Notes under the pieces: generated by a model
Told to the model about the DNA's origin: nothing
The model's database searches: none
Seen by the model: only the letters and a program-made list of their open reading frames with translations
From: the human T2T-CHM13v2.0 reference genome, Homo sapiens
NCBI RefSeq assembly: GCF_009914755.1
Contig: NC_060928.1
Reading direction: 5' to 3' (one strand)
Length of the DNA stretch: 64,000 nucleotides
Position numbers and translations under genes: made by a program
In this document: piece after piece, positions 1 to 14,340 of the stretch
How the letters are laid out: each line of letters opens with the position of its first letter
How positions within the stretch are numbered: position 1 is the stretch's first letter

Positions 1-1049
1 AATTGGAAGCTGGACTGGGAGCAGAGTCTTCTGGGATCCTGCATCTGACAGTGGTGTGGGGTTCTAAGAGCCCTTTTCCTATACAGCCCGGTTTCCCAGA
101 TAAGTAAGCAATATTTTATTCGTGGCTGCATACACAGGCAATGAAACTAAAGAAAGTCAGGGGATGGCTAAAGGATGGAGGATACCTGGGCTGGGGGAGG
201 AGGGAGAATGCGACGGGTGAACACAGACAGGCTTCCAAAGTGGTGTCCAGGTTGTATTTCTTCACTAGGTGGTGGGCACACAGGCATGCATTTTTCCTTA
301 TCTTTAAATTGTACATATTTCATACACTTCTCCGTATGTATTATACATTTCAAACTAGTACATCTTCTAAAAAATCACAGTGGTTAATGCAATCAGTACA
401 GGTGCCAGGCACATACCAGAGACTCCAGGTGACGGCATGCTCTCCTCTTGGGCTCCTCCTCTAGGGCTGAAAGTTTATTTCTCACCCCTGCCGCCAGCAC
501 CCGCCATGCCAGCCCGTGTCTCTAAGTGCTGAGGGGAAGGTGTATGAACAGAGACAGATACGGCCGTGGAGGAACCCGGAGGGAGGGCCCTCCACTTGGT
601 GAGGACGGATTGTGAGGCTGGTCAGTGCTGAAGCTGAGTATCTTGCTTACGAGAGAAAAGGGGAACTGTGCTTATAGGACCATCTCTCAGAGCAAAACAA
701 ATTGAGTCTCTTGGGAAGCCTGGCATTGAGGATTGTCCAGCTTTCAGAAGTGAGAGTGTTCAGCCTGACTTCAGGGGCACAAGGTTCTTGCTGCCTGGGC
801 CTGTTCTGTAGTGTGGGGCTGTCCCTGACTGGCCGGCTTTCAGAAGCATGCAGCATTGTCATTGACTTATTGGGGTTTCATGCCACCACGGCCAAAAAGC
901 AGTTTGTTTTTGTCCTTGAGTTTGGACTATAGATTGTTATTCTCTCCAGGCAAAGGCAGGAAGCACACGGGAACAGGTAGCGCCAGGTGGCTGCAGGCAG
1001 GTGGTCTGGCTGGAGCTCAGTGCAGAAGCACAAGACGGTGGTGAAGAGT

Positions 1050-1600
1050 GAGGCAGACCCAGGGGACTGAAACGCCACTGGAAGGAAGATTCCACCCAGA
1101 GCAATGGGGGCCACAGAGTGATCCTGAGGGGAGAGTTACACAGAGATGCGTTTGAGGAAAAGCAGAGACCAGTGGGAATGCTGGTGCTCTCCGCCAGAGG
1201 AGAGGCGAAGGTGATCGGGATGAGATAGAGACACGGAGGCAGTGAAGATGGAGAGGCCATGTGAAGGTGGAAGGGACAGAATTTGGTGACAAGCGTCCAG
1301 ACTGACGCCCAGGTTTCCACTTGGGGAGACCAGAAGGTGGCAGGGCGAATTCCAATGCCAGGTCTCCAGGGAGAGCACGCTCAGGAGGAAGATGAGAGTC
1401 CGGGTCCCTGTGGGATGGACGTGGAGCCCTCCAGGGGCACTGAACTCTATAGATCTGCCAGTCAGGGGCAGAGGGGTCCAGGGCAGAGGAGACAGAGATC
1501 TGGGCACCACCCACGAAGGCACAGTGGGCAGGGGATGGAGCCCTCTGGAGGGAGCCAGCGCAAGGGTGCGAGAAGGAGCTTGCAAAGGAAGCAGAGCGGC
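1050..1600 (-). mobile_element. Degenerate L2 (LINE-2) fragment
   Basis: L2-like antisense motifs (gacgcccaggtttccacttggggagacc, ggagacagagatctggg). Boundaries approximate. Confidence 0.5.
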
Positions 1601-1758
1601 AGCCAGGACCAGGGAAGGCGCCCGCGAGGAATTTGCCTGTAGACCCCAGGGTTGAGTAGGCTTTAAGGAGGAGCACATGGGCAGCGTTGGGCCGCTCACA
1701 GACTGAACGCACAGAGGCTGGTGTAGATGCCTGTGGCCTCTGCCCTTGCAACAACCTC

Positions 1759-2180
1759 TGTCTTGGGTCAGGTTTCCTGGAAGCAGAGCTGAGATGGAAT
1801 TCCTGTGGAGGTGATTATGGAGGGGTGCTCCTAGGAAAGGAGAGTGGGGGTAGAGAGCCGGTGCAGAGAGCTGAGCAAGGCTGTGACTGCTTCAGCCTGG
1901 TTGGATGAAGGGGAGCTCGGGAGCACTGCACCTCACGGCTGTCCCTGCCTTGAGGCCAGGACCATTTTGTGTCTCCTCTCCCTCCCCTCATCAATCAGGC
2001 ACTGGGTTGTGGGGGAGGGTGTGACCTTCTGGGTGAGGCAGTTTTCCCACTTGGCCTAGGGCAATGAGCCTCCGCTATCCTCAGGCAGCCACCATTGCCT
2101 GAAGACAAGTGAGACCCCATGTGCTTGGGCAAAACCAACCCCTTCCCAGCTCCCAGCATTCAGGGAGGGTCTTTGAGTAA
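1759..2180 (-). mobile_element. Old ERVL-type LTR fragment (LTR33/LTR16-like)
   Basis: tgtcttgggtcaggtttcctggaagcagagctgagatggaattcc resembles the antisense end of old ERVL LTRs. Family from recall. Confidence 0.4.
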
Positions 2181-2516
2181 GACACCCTCAGCTGCCTCCT
2201 CTGCTGGCAAACTCCCTGTCACTGCTTTCCCCACTGTCTGCCACTGTAGACCCCAGGATGAAGCTCATTATGCTGCTTCTCCCTCTGTATGGAAAGTTCG
2301 AGTCCCCCCAGGCCACCCCTTGCCCCAGACAGCTCTGTATATCCCCTTCTCAGACCCCTTCCCCCATCCCCAGTTCCCTCAAACCCTTCCACTCTCGAGC
2401 TCCTGACCAGCCATGAGCAACGTCCCCCATATCCTAAACTTTTTGTAAACCAAAAATAAAATTCTGAGGGCCCCCCAGCCATCTGAATGGACTTCCTCCT
2501 CTGCCAGGGCACTCTT

Positions 2517-3476
<960 letters not shown>

Positions 3477-3495
3477 AGCCTTTCCAACTTTCTTT

Positions 3496-5441
3496 TTTTC
3501 TTTTTTTTTTTTTTTATTGATCATTCTTGGGTGTTTCTCGCAGAGGGGGATTTGGCAGGGTCACAGGACAATAGTGGAGGGAAGGTCAGCAGATAAGTGA
3601 ACAAAGGTCTCTGGTTTTCCTAGGCAGAGGACCCTGCGGCCTTCCGCAGTGTTTGTGTCCCTGGGTACTTGAGATTAGGGAGTGGTGATGACTCTTAACG
3701 AGCATGCTGCCTTCAAGCATCTGTTTAACAAAGCACATCTTGCACCACCCTTAATCCATTCAACCCTGAGGGGACACAGCACATGTTTCAGAGAGCACAG
3801 GGTTGGGGGTAAGGTCACAGATCAACAGGATCCCAAGGCAGAAGAATTTTTCTTAGTACAGAACAAAATGAAAAGTCTCCCATGTCTACCTCTTTCTACA
3901 CAGACATGGCAACCATCCGATTTCTCAATCTTTTCCCCACCTTTCCCCCCTTTCTATTCCACAAAACCGCCATTGTCATCATGGCCCGTTCTCAATGAGC
4001 TGTTGAGTACACCTCCCAGACGGGGTGGTGGCCGGGCAGATGGGCTCCTCACTTCCCAGTAGGGGCGGCTGGGCAGAGGTGCCCCTCACCTCCTGGACAG
4101 GGTGGCTGGCCGGGTGGGGGGCTGACCCCCCCGCCTCCCTCCCAGACGCGGTGGCTGGCCGGGTGGGGGGCTGACCTCCCCGCCTCCCTCCCGGATGGGG
4201 CAGCTGGCCGGGTGGGGGGCTGACCCCCCCACCTCCCTCCCGGATGGGGGGCTGACCCCCCCACCTCCCTCCCGGATGGGGCGGCTGGCTGGGCAGAGGG
4301 GCTCCTCTCTTCCCAGTAGGGGCGGCCGGGCAGAGGTGCCCCTCACCTCCCGGACGGGGCGGCTGGCCGGGCAGAGGGGCTCCTCACTTCCCAGTAGGGG
4401 CAGCCAGGCAGAGGCGCCCCTCACCTCCCAGACGGGGCGGCTGGCCGGGCGGGGGGCTGACCCCCCCGCCTCCCTCCCGGATGGGGCGGCTGGCCGGGCC
4501 AGGGGCTGACTCCCCCACCTCCCTCCCGGACGGGGCGGCTGGCCAGGCAGAGGGTCTCCTCTCTTCCCAGTAGGGGCGGCTGGGCAGAGGCGCCCCTCAC
4601 CTCCCGGACGGGGCAGCTGGCTGGGCGGGGGGCTGACCCCCCCACCTCCTTCCCGGACGGGGCGGCTGGCCGGGCAGAGGGACTCCTCACTTCCCAGTAG
4701 GGGCGGCCGGGCAGAGACGCTCCTCACATCCCAGACGGGGCGGCAGGGCAGAGGAGCTCCCCACATCTCAGACGATGGGCGGCCTGGCAGAGACGCTCCT
4801 CACTTCCTAGATGGGATGGCGGCCGGGCAGTGACGCTCCTCACTTTCCAGGCTGGGCGGCCAGGCAGAGAGGCTCCTCACATCCCAGACGATGGGCGGCC
4901 AGGCAGAGACGCTCCTCACTTCCCAGACGGGGTGGCGGCCGGGCAGAGGCTGCAATCTCGGCACTTTGCGGGGCCAAGGCAGGCAGCTGGGAAGTGGAGG
5001 TTGTAGCGAGCGGAGATCACGCCACTGCACTCCAGCCTGGGCACCATTGAGCACTGAGTGAACGCGACTCCGTCTGCCATCCCGGCACCTCGGGAGGCCG
5101 AGGCTGGTGGATCACTTGCGGTTAGGAGCTGGAGACCAGCCCGGCCAACACAGCGAAACCCCGTCTCCACCAAAAAAATACGAAAACCAGTCAGGCGTGG
5201 CGGCGCGCGCCTGCAATCGCAGGCACTCGTCAGGCTGAGGCAGGAGAATCAGGCAGGGAGGTTGCAGTGAGCCGAGATGGCAGCAGTACAGTCCAGCTTT
5301 GGCTCAGCATCAGGGGGAGACCGTGGAAAGAGAGGCAGAGGGAGACCGTGGGGAGAGGGAGACCGTGGGGAGAGGGAGAGGGAGAGGGAGAGGAGGGAGA
5401 GGGAGAGGAGGGAGAGGGAGAGGAGGGAGAGGGAGAGGAGG
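3496..5441 (-). mobile_element. Full-length SVA retrotransposon
   Basis: (CCCTCT)n-like hexamer ~5340-5441, Alu-like domain ~4950-5320, GC-rich VNTR ~4010-4950, SINE-R ~3515-4010, polyA. 19-bp TSD agcctttccaa(c/t)tttcttt at 3477-3495 and 5442-5460. Confidence 0.97.
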
Positions 5442-6279
5442 AGCCTTTCCAATTTTCTTTCCCCAGGGCACTCTTAAAATGTAATCTGAAAGACTGGTTC
5501 AGGCCATGATGGGAAGTGGGGATCGGACTTGCATGATTATCGCTCCAGCATTAACATCAACACACTTTAGTCTGATAAGAAATATTTTACAGTCTATTCT
5601 CTCTGAAGCCTGCCACCTGAAGGCTTCCTCTGCAAATAAGAACTTTGGTTTCCACAATCCTTTATCTTAACCCAAACATTTTCTTTCTATTGATCCCAGG
5701 TCTTTAAATCAACTCAACCAATTGTCACCCAGAAAATTTTTAAATCTGCCTATAGCCTGGAAGTCCCCCCCCCACCCCCCGCCTTCTAGCTCTCTTGCTT
5801 TTCTGAACCAATTTATTTCTTAAATGTATTAGATTGAGGTCTCATGTCTCCCTAAAATGTGTAAAATGAAGTTGCACCCTGACCACCTTGGACATATGTT
5901 CTCAGGACCTCCCGGGGGCTGCATCATGGGCCATGATCACTCAGGTTTGGTTCAGAATAACTCTCTTCAAATATTTTACAGAGTTTGACTCTTTTTTGTC
6001 GACACTTTGAGCATCCCCTTGACTGTGCTGTAACTGGAGATGGACACCCGCTTGCCCCTCAAGGACCGCATCGCTCTCCAGCACTCCTCCTCCTCTTATA
6101 ACTTTTGGTGATTTCCGTTTCCAGGGGGTGATCCCTGCAAAACCCTGGCCTGCTCTCCTTTCATGGTCTTGACCTCAAAACTACCCCAGCCCTCCTCTCC
6201 CATGGCCACACCCTAGATATTGTGGCCCATAACCATAAAGTCTTCTCTCTCCACGAAGACAATTCCGAGTGGCCAACCA

Positions 6280-6541
6280 GCAGCAGGAGTATTGCCATCT
6301 TGGACAAGCACTGCCATTTTAAGTTCACCCTGATCAAAAACCGCCTAAATCCAAAGGGCATCAGCCTAATGGCTAAGGTCAGCATGACCAAAAACCACAA
6401 ATAACATCTCAGACCAGAAACATTCCAAACCCCTCCCTCACCAGAGGCATGCCAGCCCCGAGATAACCTCCCCTCCGGCCAGAGATATGTCAGCCCCAAG
6501 GCTGCGTTTTGTGTTTCTTTCCTCTTTCTTTAACACTTACA
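6280..6541 (+). mobile_element. MER61-like ERV1 LTR, internally deleted
   Basis: gcaggagtattgccatcttggacaagcactgccattttaagttc...aaccgcctaaatccaaagggcatcagcctaatggc. Ends ttaacacttaCA. Confidence 0.7.
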
Positions 6542-6799
6542 CTCCTGATTGTGTCCAGCTGACTTCTGCAGTGCCTCACCTAAACATTCCTTCAATGGCT
6601 GGGCTTACACTCCACTGATCCCTCCACATTTTCACTGTGGTCACCCCTCTGTCCTCCCTCCCCCCTCCCAGGTATTATGGTGGGCACCAAACATTCTCAG
6701 CAGCATATGCCAGTTCCTCCAAGTCTTCTCTTCATTAGACCAACATCCCCAGGCCCCCAGTTTTCCCCAACAGGATATGGACCACAGATCAGCCATGTC

Positions 6800-6935
6800 C
6801 TAGCATCTTCACCTGGTGCTTCTATCCATGTCTTCTTGTCCCTGGAAAGCATGTTCTCTGAGAGCAGAGATTGTGTTTCCTGCATCTCTGTCTCCTGTTG
6901 CCCAGCACAGAATTGGTGCTCAATGAAGATTTGTC
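6800..6935 (+). mobile_element. L2 3' end
   Basis: ctctgagagcagagattgtgtttcc...cccagcacagaattggtgctcaatgaagatttg, running into a GGAT/GAAT array. Confidence 0.65.
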
Positions 6936-6939
6936 CATC

Positions 6940-8700
6940 CAGATGAAGAATGGATGGGTGGCTGGATGGGTAGGCAGATGGATGATGAGTGGGTAGATGG
7001 GTAGGTGGATGGGTGGGGACAGATGGATGGATGGAGATAGATGGATGATGAGTGGATGGATGGATGAGTGGGGGGATAGATGGATGGGGATGGATGGATA
7101 ATGAATGAATTGGTAAGTGGATGGGTGGGTGGATGGATGGATGGGTGGATGGGTGGTTGAGTGGGTGGATGGATGGATGGGAATAGATGGATGCTGAATG
7201 GGTGGGTGGGTTGATGGATGGATGGGGATAGATGGATGATGAATGGATGGGTGGGTGGGTGGATAGATGGATAATGAATGCATTGGTAGGTGGATGGGTG
7301 GATGGATGGATGGGTAGATGGGGTGGATAGATGGATGGGTAGATGGGGTGGATGGATGGATGGGTAAGTGGATGGATGGATGGGAATAGATGATGAATGG
7401 ATGAGTGGGTGGATGGGTAGATGGATGGGGATGGATTGATAATGAATGAATTGATAGGTGGGTGGGTGGGTGGATGGATGGATGGGTGGATGGATGGATG
7501 GGTAGGTGGATGGGTAGATGGGGATAGATGGATGATGAATGGATGAGTGGGTGGGTGGATGGATGGAGAGGGATTGATAATGAATGAATTGATAGGTGGA
7601 TGAGTGGGTGGATGGATGGATGGATGGGGATGGATGGATAATATAAGAATTGGTAGGTGAATGGATGGATGGGGTAGATGGATAATGAATGGATTGGTAG
7701 GTGGATGGATAATGAATGGATTGATAGGTAGATACATGGATGGATGGACAGGGATGAATGGATAATGAATGGATTGGTAGGTGGATAGATGGATGAGTGG
7801 ATAGATGGATTGATAATGATTGATGGATGGATGGATGGGGATGGATGGATAGATAAATGGATTGGTAGGTGAATGGACAAATGGATGGATGGATGAGTGG
7901 GTAGCTGGATGGGGAATGAGTGGGTAGGTGGGAGAATGGATGATGGATGGATGGATGGATGGATGGATGGGGATGGATGGATAGATAAATGGATTGGTAG
8001 GTGAATGGACAAATGGATGGATGGATGAGTGGGTAGCTGGATGGGGAATGAGTGGGTAGGTGGGAGAATGGATGATGGATGGATGGATGGATGGATGGAT
8101 GGGGATGGATGGATAGATAAATGGATTGGTAGGTGAATGGACAAATGGATGGATGGATGAGTGGGTAGCTGGATGGGGAATGAGTGGGTAGGTGGGAGAA
8201 TGGATGATGGATGGATGGATGGATGGATGGATGGGGATGGATGGATAGATAAATGGATTGGTAGGTGAATGGACAAATGGATGGATGGATGAGTGGGTAG
8301 CTGGATGGGGAATGAGTGGGTAGGTGGGAGAATGGATGATGGATGGATGGATGGATGGATGGATGGATGGGGATGGATGGATAGATAAATGGATTGGTAG
8401 GTGAATGGACAAATGGATGGATGGATGAGTGGGTAGCTGGATGGGGAATGAGTGGGTAGGTGGGAGAATGGATGATGGATGGATGGATGGATGGATGGAT
8501 GGATGGGGATGGATGGATAGATAAATGGATTGGTAGGTGAATGGACAAATGGATGGATGGATGAGTGGGTAGCTGGATGGGGAATGAGTGGGTAGGTGGG
8601 AGAATGGATGATGGATGGATGGATGGATGGATGGATGGATGATGGATGATGGATGGATGGATGGATGGATGGATGGATGGATGGATGGAGGGATGCATGA
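6940..8700. repeat. (GGAT/GGGT/GAAT)n array with a 132-136 bp higher-order repeat
   Basis: Direct inspection. Marker ggacaaatgg at 7875, 8007, 8139, 8271, 8407 and 8543. Confidence 0.97.
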
Positions 8701-9488
8701 TGAATTTCTCCCTTGTTCCCAGCCTAGTCCTAGAATATGTTGCCTCTTCTCAAAAATAAGGTACCACAAAGCCTCTGGTGATGGTGGAGCAAAGGAATAG
8801 ATGGTGAATATCTCATACCCACTTCGGATCCAGAACAGGCCTAGGAGAGACTCAGGTGGGATCTGCTGCTGAGGAAGGGGGTTGGGGCTGAGGTTGGAGG
8901 AGGAGGGCAGCTCTAAACCACCTCTTCCTGGCTCTAGGCCTCTCAGGCCAGACAGCCCCCACCCGTTTCTGCAGATGCCCGCATCATGGTCCTGAGGGGA
9001 TGGGGGCTGGCCTGGAGCCTTTCCCCCGTGGTGTGTGGCTATAGCGGGGACATGAAGGGGGTGTGTTGGGGATGTAGTGACCACTCCCTTCTACCGTCAG
9101 AGATCCTGCTTCCCCCTGCCCCCTGCCCCTCCTCGGCTGCCCTTCATAACCCCCCACCCACTCCCCACCTGCCATCTCCTGTGCTTGTGTGGATCCAGGA
9201 AGCACCTACCTGGGTACAGAGATCATTGCTCGGTGCCTCGCCCCTACACAAGGGCGATTAACTTGTCTGTTATGAACTCCTACTTAGTAATTCCGACATG
9301 AAACTCCCACTAGGATAAAACTTGGCGCAGAACAGCAATTACTGAAAACACATTTTTAAAAAGGTTGACGTTTTGTAAGAGTTCATCCTCCTCCACTCCT
9401 CAGCCTCCCTCAAGGAGACACATATTTAGATCTTCTCTCTGTGAGTCTAACTTGGAGACTGTGAGTTGCAGTTTAAAAGGGGCTCTGG

Positions 9489-9801
9489 GGCCAGGTGCGG
9501 TGGCACACACTTGTGGTCTCAGCTACTCAAGAGGCCGAGATGTGAGGAACGCTTGAGCCCAGGAGTTCAAGACCAGCCTGAGCAACATAGGGAGATGGGA
9601 TCTACCAAAAACATTTAACAATAAGGCTGGCATGGTGGCATATGCCTGTGGTCCCAGCTACTTGGAGGCTGAGGCAGGAGAATCATTTAAGCCTGGGAGA
9701 TCGAGGCTGCAGTGAGGTATGGTTTCAACTGCTGTGCTCCAGCCTGAGAGACAGGGCAATACTCTGTCTCTAAAAAATAAAAAATAAAAATAAAAAAATA
9801 A
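9489..9801 (+). mobile_element. AluJ
   Basis: Two-arm Alu with J-type cttgagcccaggag and gaggctgcagtgag. A-rich tail. Confidence 0.9.
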
Positions 9802-10219
9802 AGAGCTCTGAGCCCAGCCCTCTGGCCAGGGCCTGGTGCAGTGGCAGAGGCTTAGGTCCCTGGCAGGTCTCCTGAAACGTCTCCAGGGTCTGCTGGGGCA
9901 GCCACCTGGGCGCTCAGTTGCTCTGTGAAACAGCAAAATTCCCAAGTCCTCATCTCAATGAGCCACTGAGGCCGATGAAGAGGGCCTGTCTCATTTAGGA
10001 CGTGAGTGGCCAGGCGGGTGCCACAGGCCCTTTTCCTGGTGACAACAGTGCTGTTGCATGGCTCCAGGAAGGCCACATCATTTCCCGGGCTTCGTAGGCA
10101 CCTGCGGGGCGGAAACAGTTCAGCAGGGCCCTCCTGATCACAAGGATGAGGTCATACCGGCTGCTGCACGGCAGGGCTGCACTCTGCCATGGAGCGTCCT
10201 GTGAGGGAGGGGCTGCACT

Positions 10220-10270
10220 GCCACTTTACTGATGAGGAAATTAAGGTTCAGAGAGATGAGGTCATTTGTT
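10220..10270. mobile_element. MIR core
   Basis: ttttactgatgaggaaattaaggttcagagagatgaggtcatttg. Confidence 0.7.
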
Positions 10271-11508
10271 AGAGGCCAGACAGCCTCCTCAGCCCATTTC
10301 TAAGGTTGTTTCTGTGGTATTTGCCATAAAGCCATAGGTTCATTGATTTGTTCTTAAGTAGTTCTGAGTCCTTCCTGCATATCAGGCAGGGACAAACGGG
10401 AAAGTCCCTGCCCTTGGCAAGTGCGGGGGAAATGAAATGATTCTGCTCAGCCTCATCCATTGGTCTGAACAATCACGTCTCATGACCCCAGGGACACGGC
10501 TTCCCCTGAACGCGGATCCTAGAGGCCAGGCAGAAGCAGCATGGGTTTCCACTCACACGGTAGGTGGCTGTGCGATTTCGTCTGGAGTCCCCGGACCCCT
10601 CCTCATCCTTCCCAGGGTTGCTCTGAGGCCATTCCTCGTCATCTAGGAGGGGTCTACATAAAAGCATTTATAAACAGCTCCAAATGGGAGCCTGGCGCGC
10701 CCACCTTTGGAGCACTTTTCTCTACTGCAGATTTATCTACTGCTCGTGAAATCTCTGGATTTAACTGTGATGAAAGACCGGAGGCTGAAGGAGAACTTCA
10801 ATATCATATATTTTAAAGGTTGACTCACAGTTTGGAACAAGAATTAAAGAACCACGAACTTCAAGGTAAAACGGGCAATGGCGTTGGGGCAAGCCTCTCT
10901 GCATCTGTGTGTCCAGCCTCTCCTGCGTGCCAGAAGTCCCCAGGCAGGAGTGTGGTGGGACATCCGGCTGGGGTAAGGACAGGCACCCTCCCACTGTGTC
11001 AGGGCCCAGAGAGTGGGTGGAGAAGCTCTGCAAGAGACCTGTGCAAGGGCGCCTTGTAGGAGCCTGCCGTCCCCACAGGGGTGTTTGTGGATAACACTTG
11101 GGGAGCCCTGGCCTTTTGGGGTCACGGAGGGCTTGGCCTCTCACCTCAGAGCTGCAGAGGAGACGCTTCTACATCAGGACATCAGAAGCTGGAACGGGGA
11201 TGGCCGGCGAGGGGCCTCTTGTTGGGGTCACAGAGATGGGTCGCAGAGATGGCCCGTGTGGAAGGTTGGATTCTCACCCCACCTCTGCCCCTAGATGTCC
11301 TGGTGACCCTCCCCTCTGTAGTCTTGGTTTTTTGCAAAACACTTATGACCTCCTGCCATACTGGGTACTTTGCTTATGTATTGTGTTTACTCTTTACTGT
11401 GTGTCTCTCCTGCTAAGGTCTACGAAGAAGGGTCTTTGTGGGTGGGGTTCTTAGAGGCATCCCAAGTACCAGAAGCAGTCCCTGGACTAAGGGGCTCAAG
11501 AAATATTT

Positions 11509-11762
11509 TTTATTTATTATTTTTTCTTTTTGAGATGCAGTCTCTCTCTCTTGCCCAGGCTGGAGTACAGTGGCACAATCTTGGCTCACTGCAGCCTTCG
11601 CCTCCTGGGTTCAAGTGATTTCAGGCTAATTTTTGTATTTTTAGTAGAGACGGGGTTTCACCATGTTGGCCAGGCTGGTCACGAACTCCTGACCTCAAGT
11701 GATCCACCCGCCTCAGCCTCCCAGCGTGCTGGGATTATAGACATGAGCCACCATGCCTGGCC
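11509..11762 (-). mobile_element. AluS with an internal deletion, inserted at an L2 3' end
   Basis: TSD aaatattt (11501-11508 / 11763-11770). Right arm jumps gggttcaagtgatttc->aggctaattttt. Confidence 0.9.
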
Positions 11763-11805
11763 AAATATTTGTCAAATTGAATTTGTATTTCCATACAAAT
11801 TTTAG

Positions 11806-11972
11806 TCTGGATGAAGTGCTTCATGCCTGTAATCCAAGCACTTTGAGAGGCTGAGGCGGGCAGATGGCTTGAGCCCAGGAGTTTGAGACCAGCCTGGAAA
11901 ACACAGAGAAACCCCGTCTCAATATAAGAAGAAGAAGAAAAAGAAAAAAAAAAAATCAAAAACGAAAACAAC
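11806..11972 (+). mobile_element. FLAM / Alu left monomer
   Basis: Single arm with A tail, flanked by TSD acaaattttag. Confidence 0.85.
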
Positions 11973-11974
11973 AC

Positions 11975-12700
11975 AAATTTTAGAGTAAGTATTTTAAGTT
12001 CCACAAAAACCTGGTTAGGATTTGGATAGCAATTTCTTTAGTTCTACAAATCAATTTGGAAAAAATTAATTAATTTGGGAAGAATTCATTTTGAGTCTTC
12101 TAATCCATGAACATGGTATCTCCATTTGTTTAGACCATCTTTAATGCCTGCTAATAACATTTCTGTATAGTGACCTTGTACATTATTCTTAGATTCTTGA
12201 TATTTTGTGCTATTATGTCTTTTTATAAATTTTATTTTTCCAACATTGTTGCTAATATATAGTAAGAAAATGGAATGTTGCCTATGGATTTTGAACCCAA
12301 CAACTTTGCTAAACTCCTCTGAATCCTCAGAATTTCCCTGTGGATTATGTAGACTCTTCTGCATACACAACCATATCATCTGTGAATAAAGACAGTTTTG
12401 TTTTCTTCTTCACAAACTTTACCCAACTCACTGTGCAGTCTGCCACATCCAGGCTGATATTGAATAGCAGCGGCACCAATAGGTGTCTTTGTCCCCTTGC
12501 CAATCTTGTAAAGAAAGCTTTCAACATTTTCCTGTTAGCTGTGTTGGCAGCTCTGACTTTTTCCATAGATGGCCTTCATCAGCTTAACAACGGGTCTTTT
12601 CTTCCCAGAGGGCTGAGCTTTTCCTTAAGAACAGACAGTGAGTGTCATCAAACACTCGGCTGCATCTGTTGAGATGGTCATACGACTTGTGTCTTTTCCT
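11975..12700 (-). mobile_element. Old L1M ORF2 (reverse transcriptase) fragment
   Basis: ORF 12345-12566 contains LKAFFTR..PLLFNISLDV..KLSLFTDDMVVY, matching L1 RT PLLFNIVLEV..KLSLFADDMIVY. Confidence 0.9.
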
Positions 12701-13609
12701 GTGTTTGTGTATGAACTCTCTCTGGGTGTCTGAGAGTTCTTGTGACTTTCACAGAAGAACACAATTTACCCTCCGGTGTGGGAAGGGGAAGGAGGCAGAG
12801 GAAGAAAGACCCCAAGTCCCCCTCATCCCCACTGACCTTCCTGCTGGCTTCGTCCTTGATTTGTGCCTCCTTAGATCCTGCGTTTGACTACTTGCGGTCA
12901 TGATGACAGGGCCAACCTCCTGACCAGGGCTGTTGGCACCTCCCCTCCTGCCCAGAGCCCCTGCTCCAAACCACTTCATTCATCTTCTGTACCCCCAGCC
13001 AATATTTCCCTGCCCAGTGTCAACCCAGGCCCAGAACCAGACCACAAGGGACAGCCCCGGAACCCAGAATCAGACAAATCAGCCCATCCCAAGCTGTCTC
13101 CCCTGCTCTGCCCGGCTTTCCCAGGAAGCCAACAGAGGCTGTGGCTTGGCCTTTCCCTCGCTCCTTTCTGCCTCCTGGTCTGCCTGCGGCTTCCCCCTGC
13201 CGCCCTGCGGGGCCTGCCATGTCTCTCATTTCTAGCGAATGTTTCCAGAGCGATGTTAGACTTCCCTTTCAATAGCGTTGACCTCTGTTAGGCACCTTTA
13301 TGGATTAAGACCTGGGCATAGATGGTTTCTTCGGCATCACGACCTGAAGGTGCTTGGGAGAGACGGTGAGGAGGAGAATGCACCCTGCCATGCTCTGCAC
13401 TGCACATGGATGCAGATTTTACCATGTTGGCCAGGCTGGTCTGAAACACACGGAGCCCAAGCGCCCGGTGGACTCTCTGACGGTCCTCGGGCGTGTGCCA
13501 TTGTAAGCAGAGTATTCAGCTCTCATCAGGGCCTCGCCAGAGCAGAAATGGTCTGTTGATAAATGCATCGTATACAATTATAAATGTGCACCCAGCATTG
13601 CTGCTTCCT

Positions 13610-14340
<731 letters not shown>

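Noticed and set aside
3682-5509. ORFs over the SVA
   Set aside because: Generic SVA SINE-R, VNTR and hexamer translations.
6697-9084. 795, 592 and 484 aa His/Pro/Ser/Ile-rich ORFs
   Set aside because: Open in all three minus frames because (CCAT)n lacks stop codons. No domain or coding signature.
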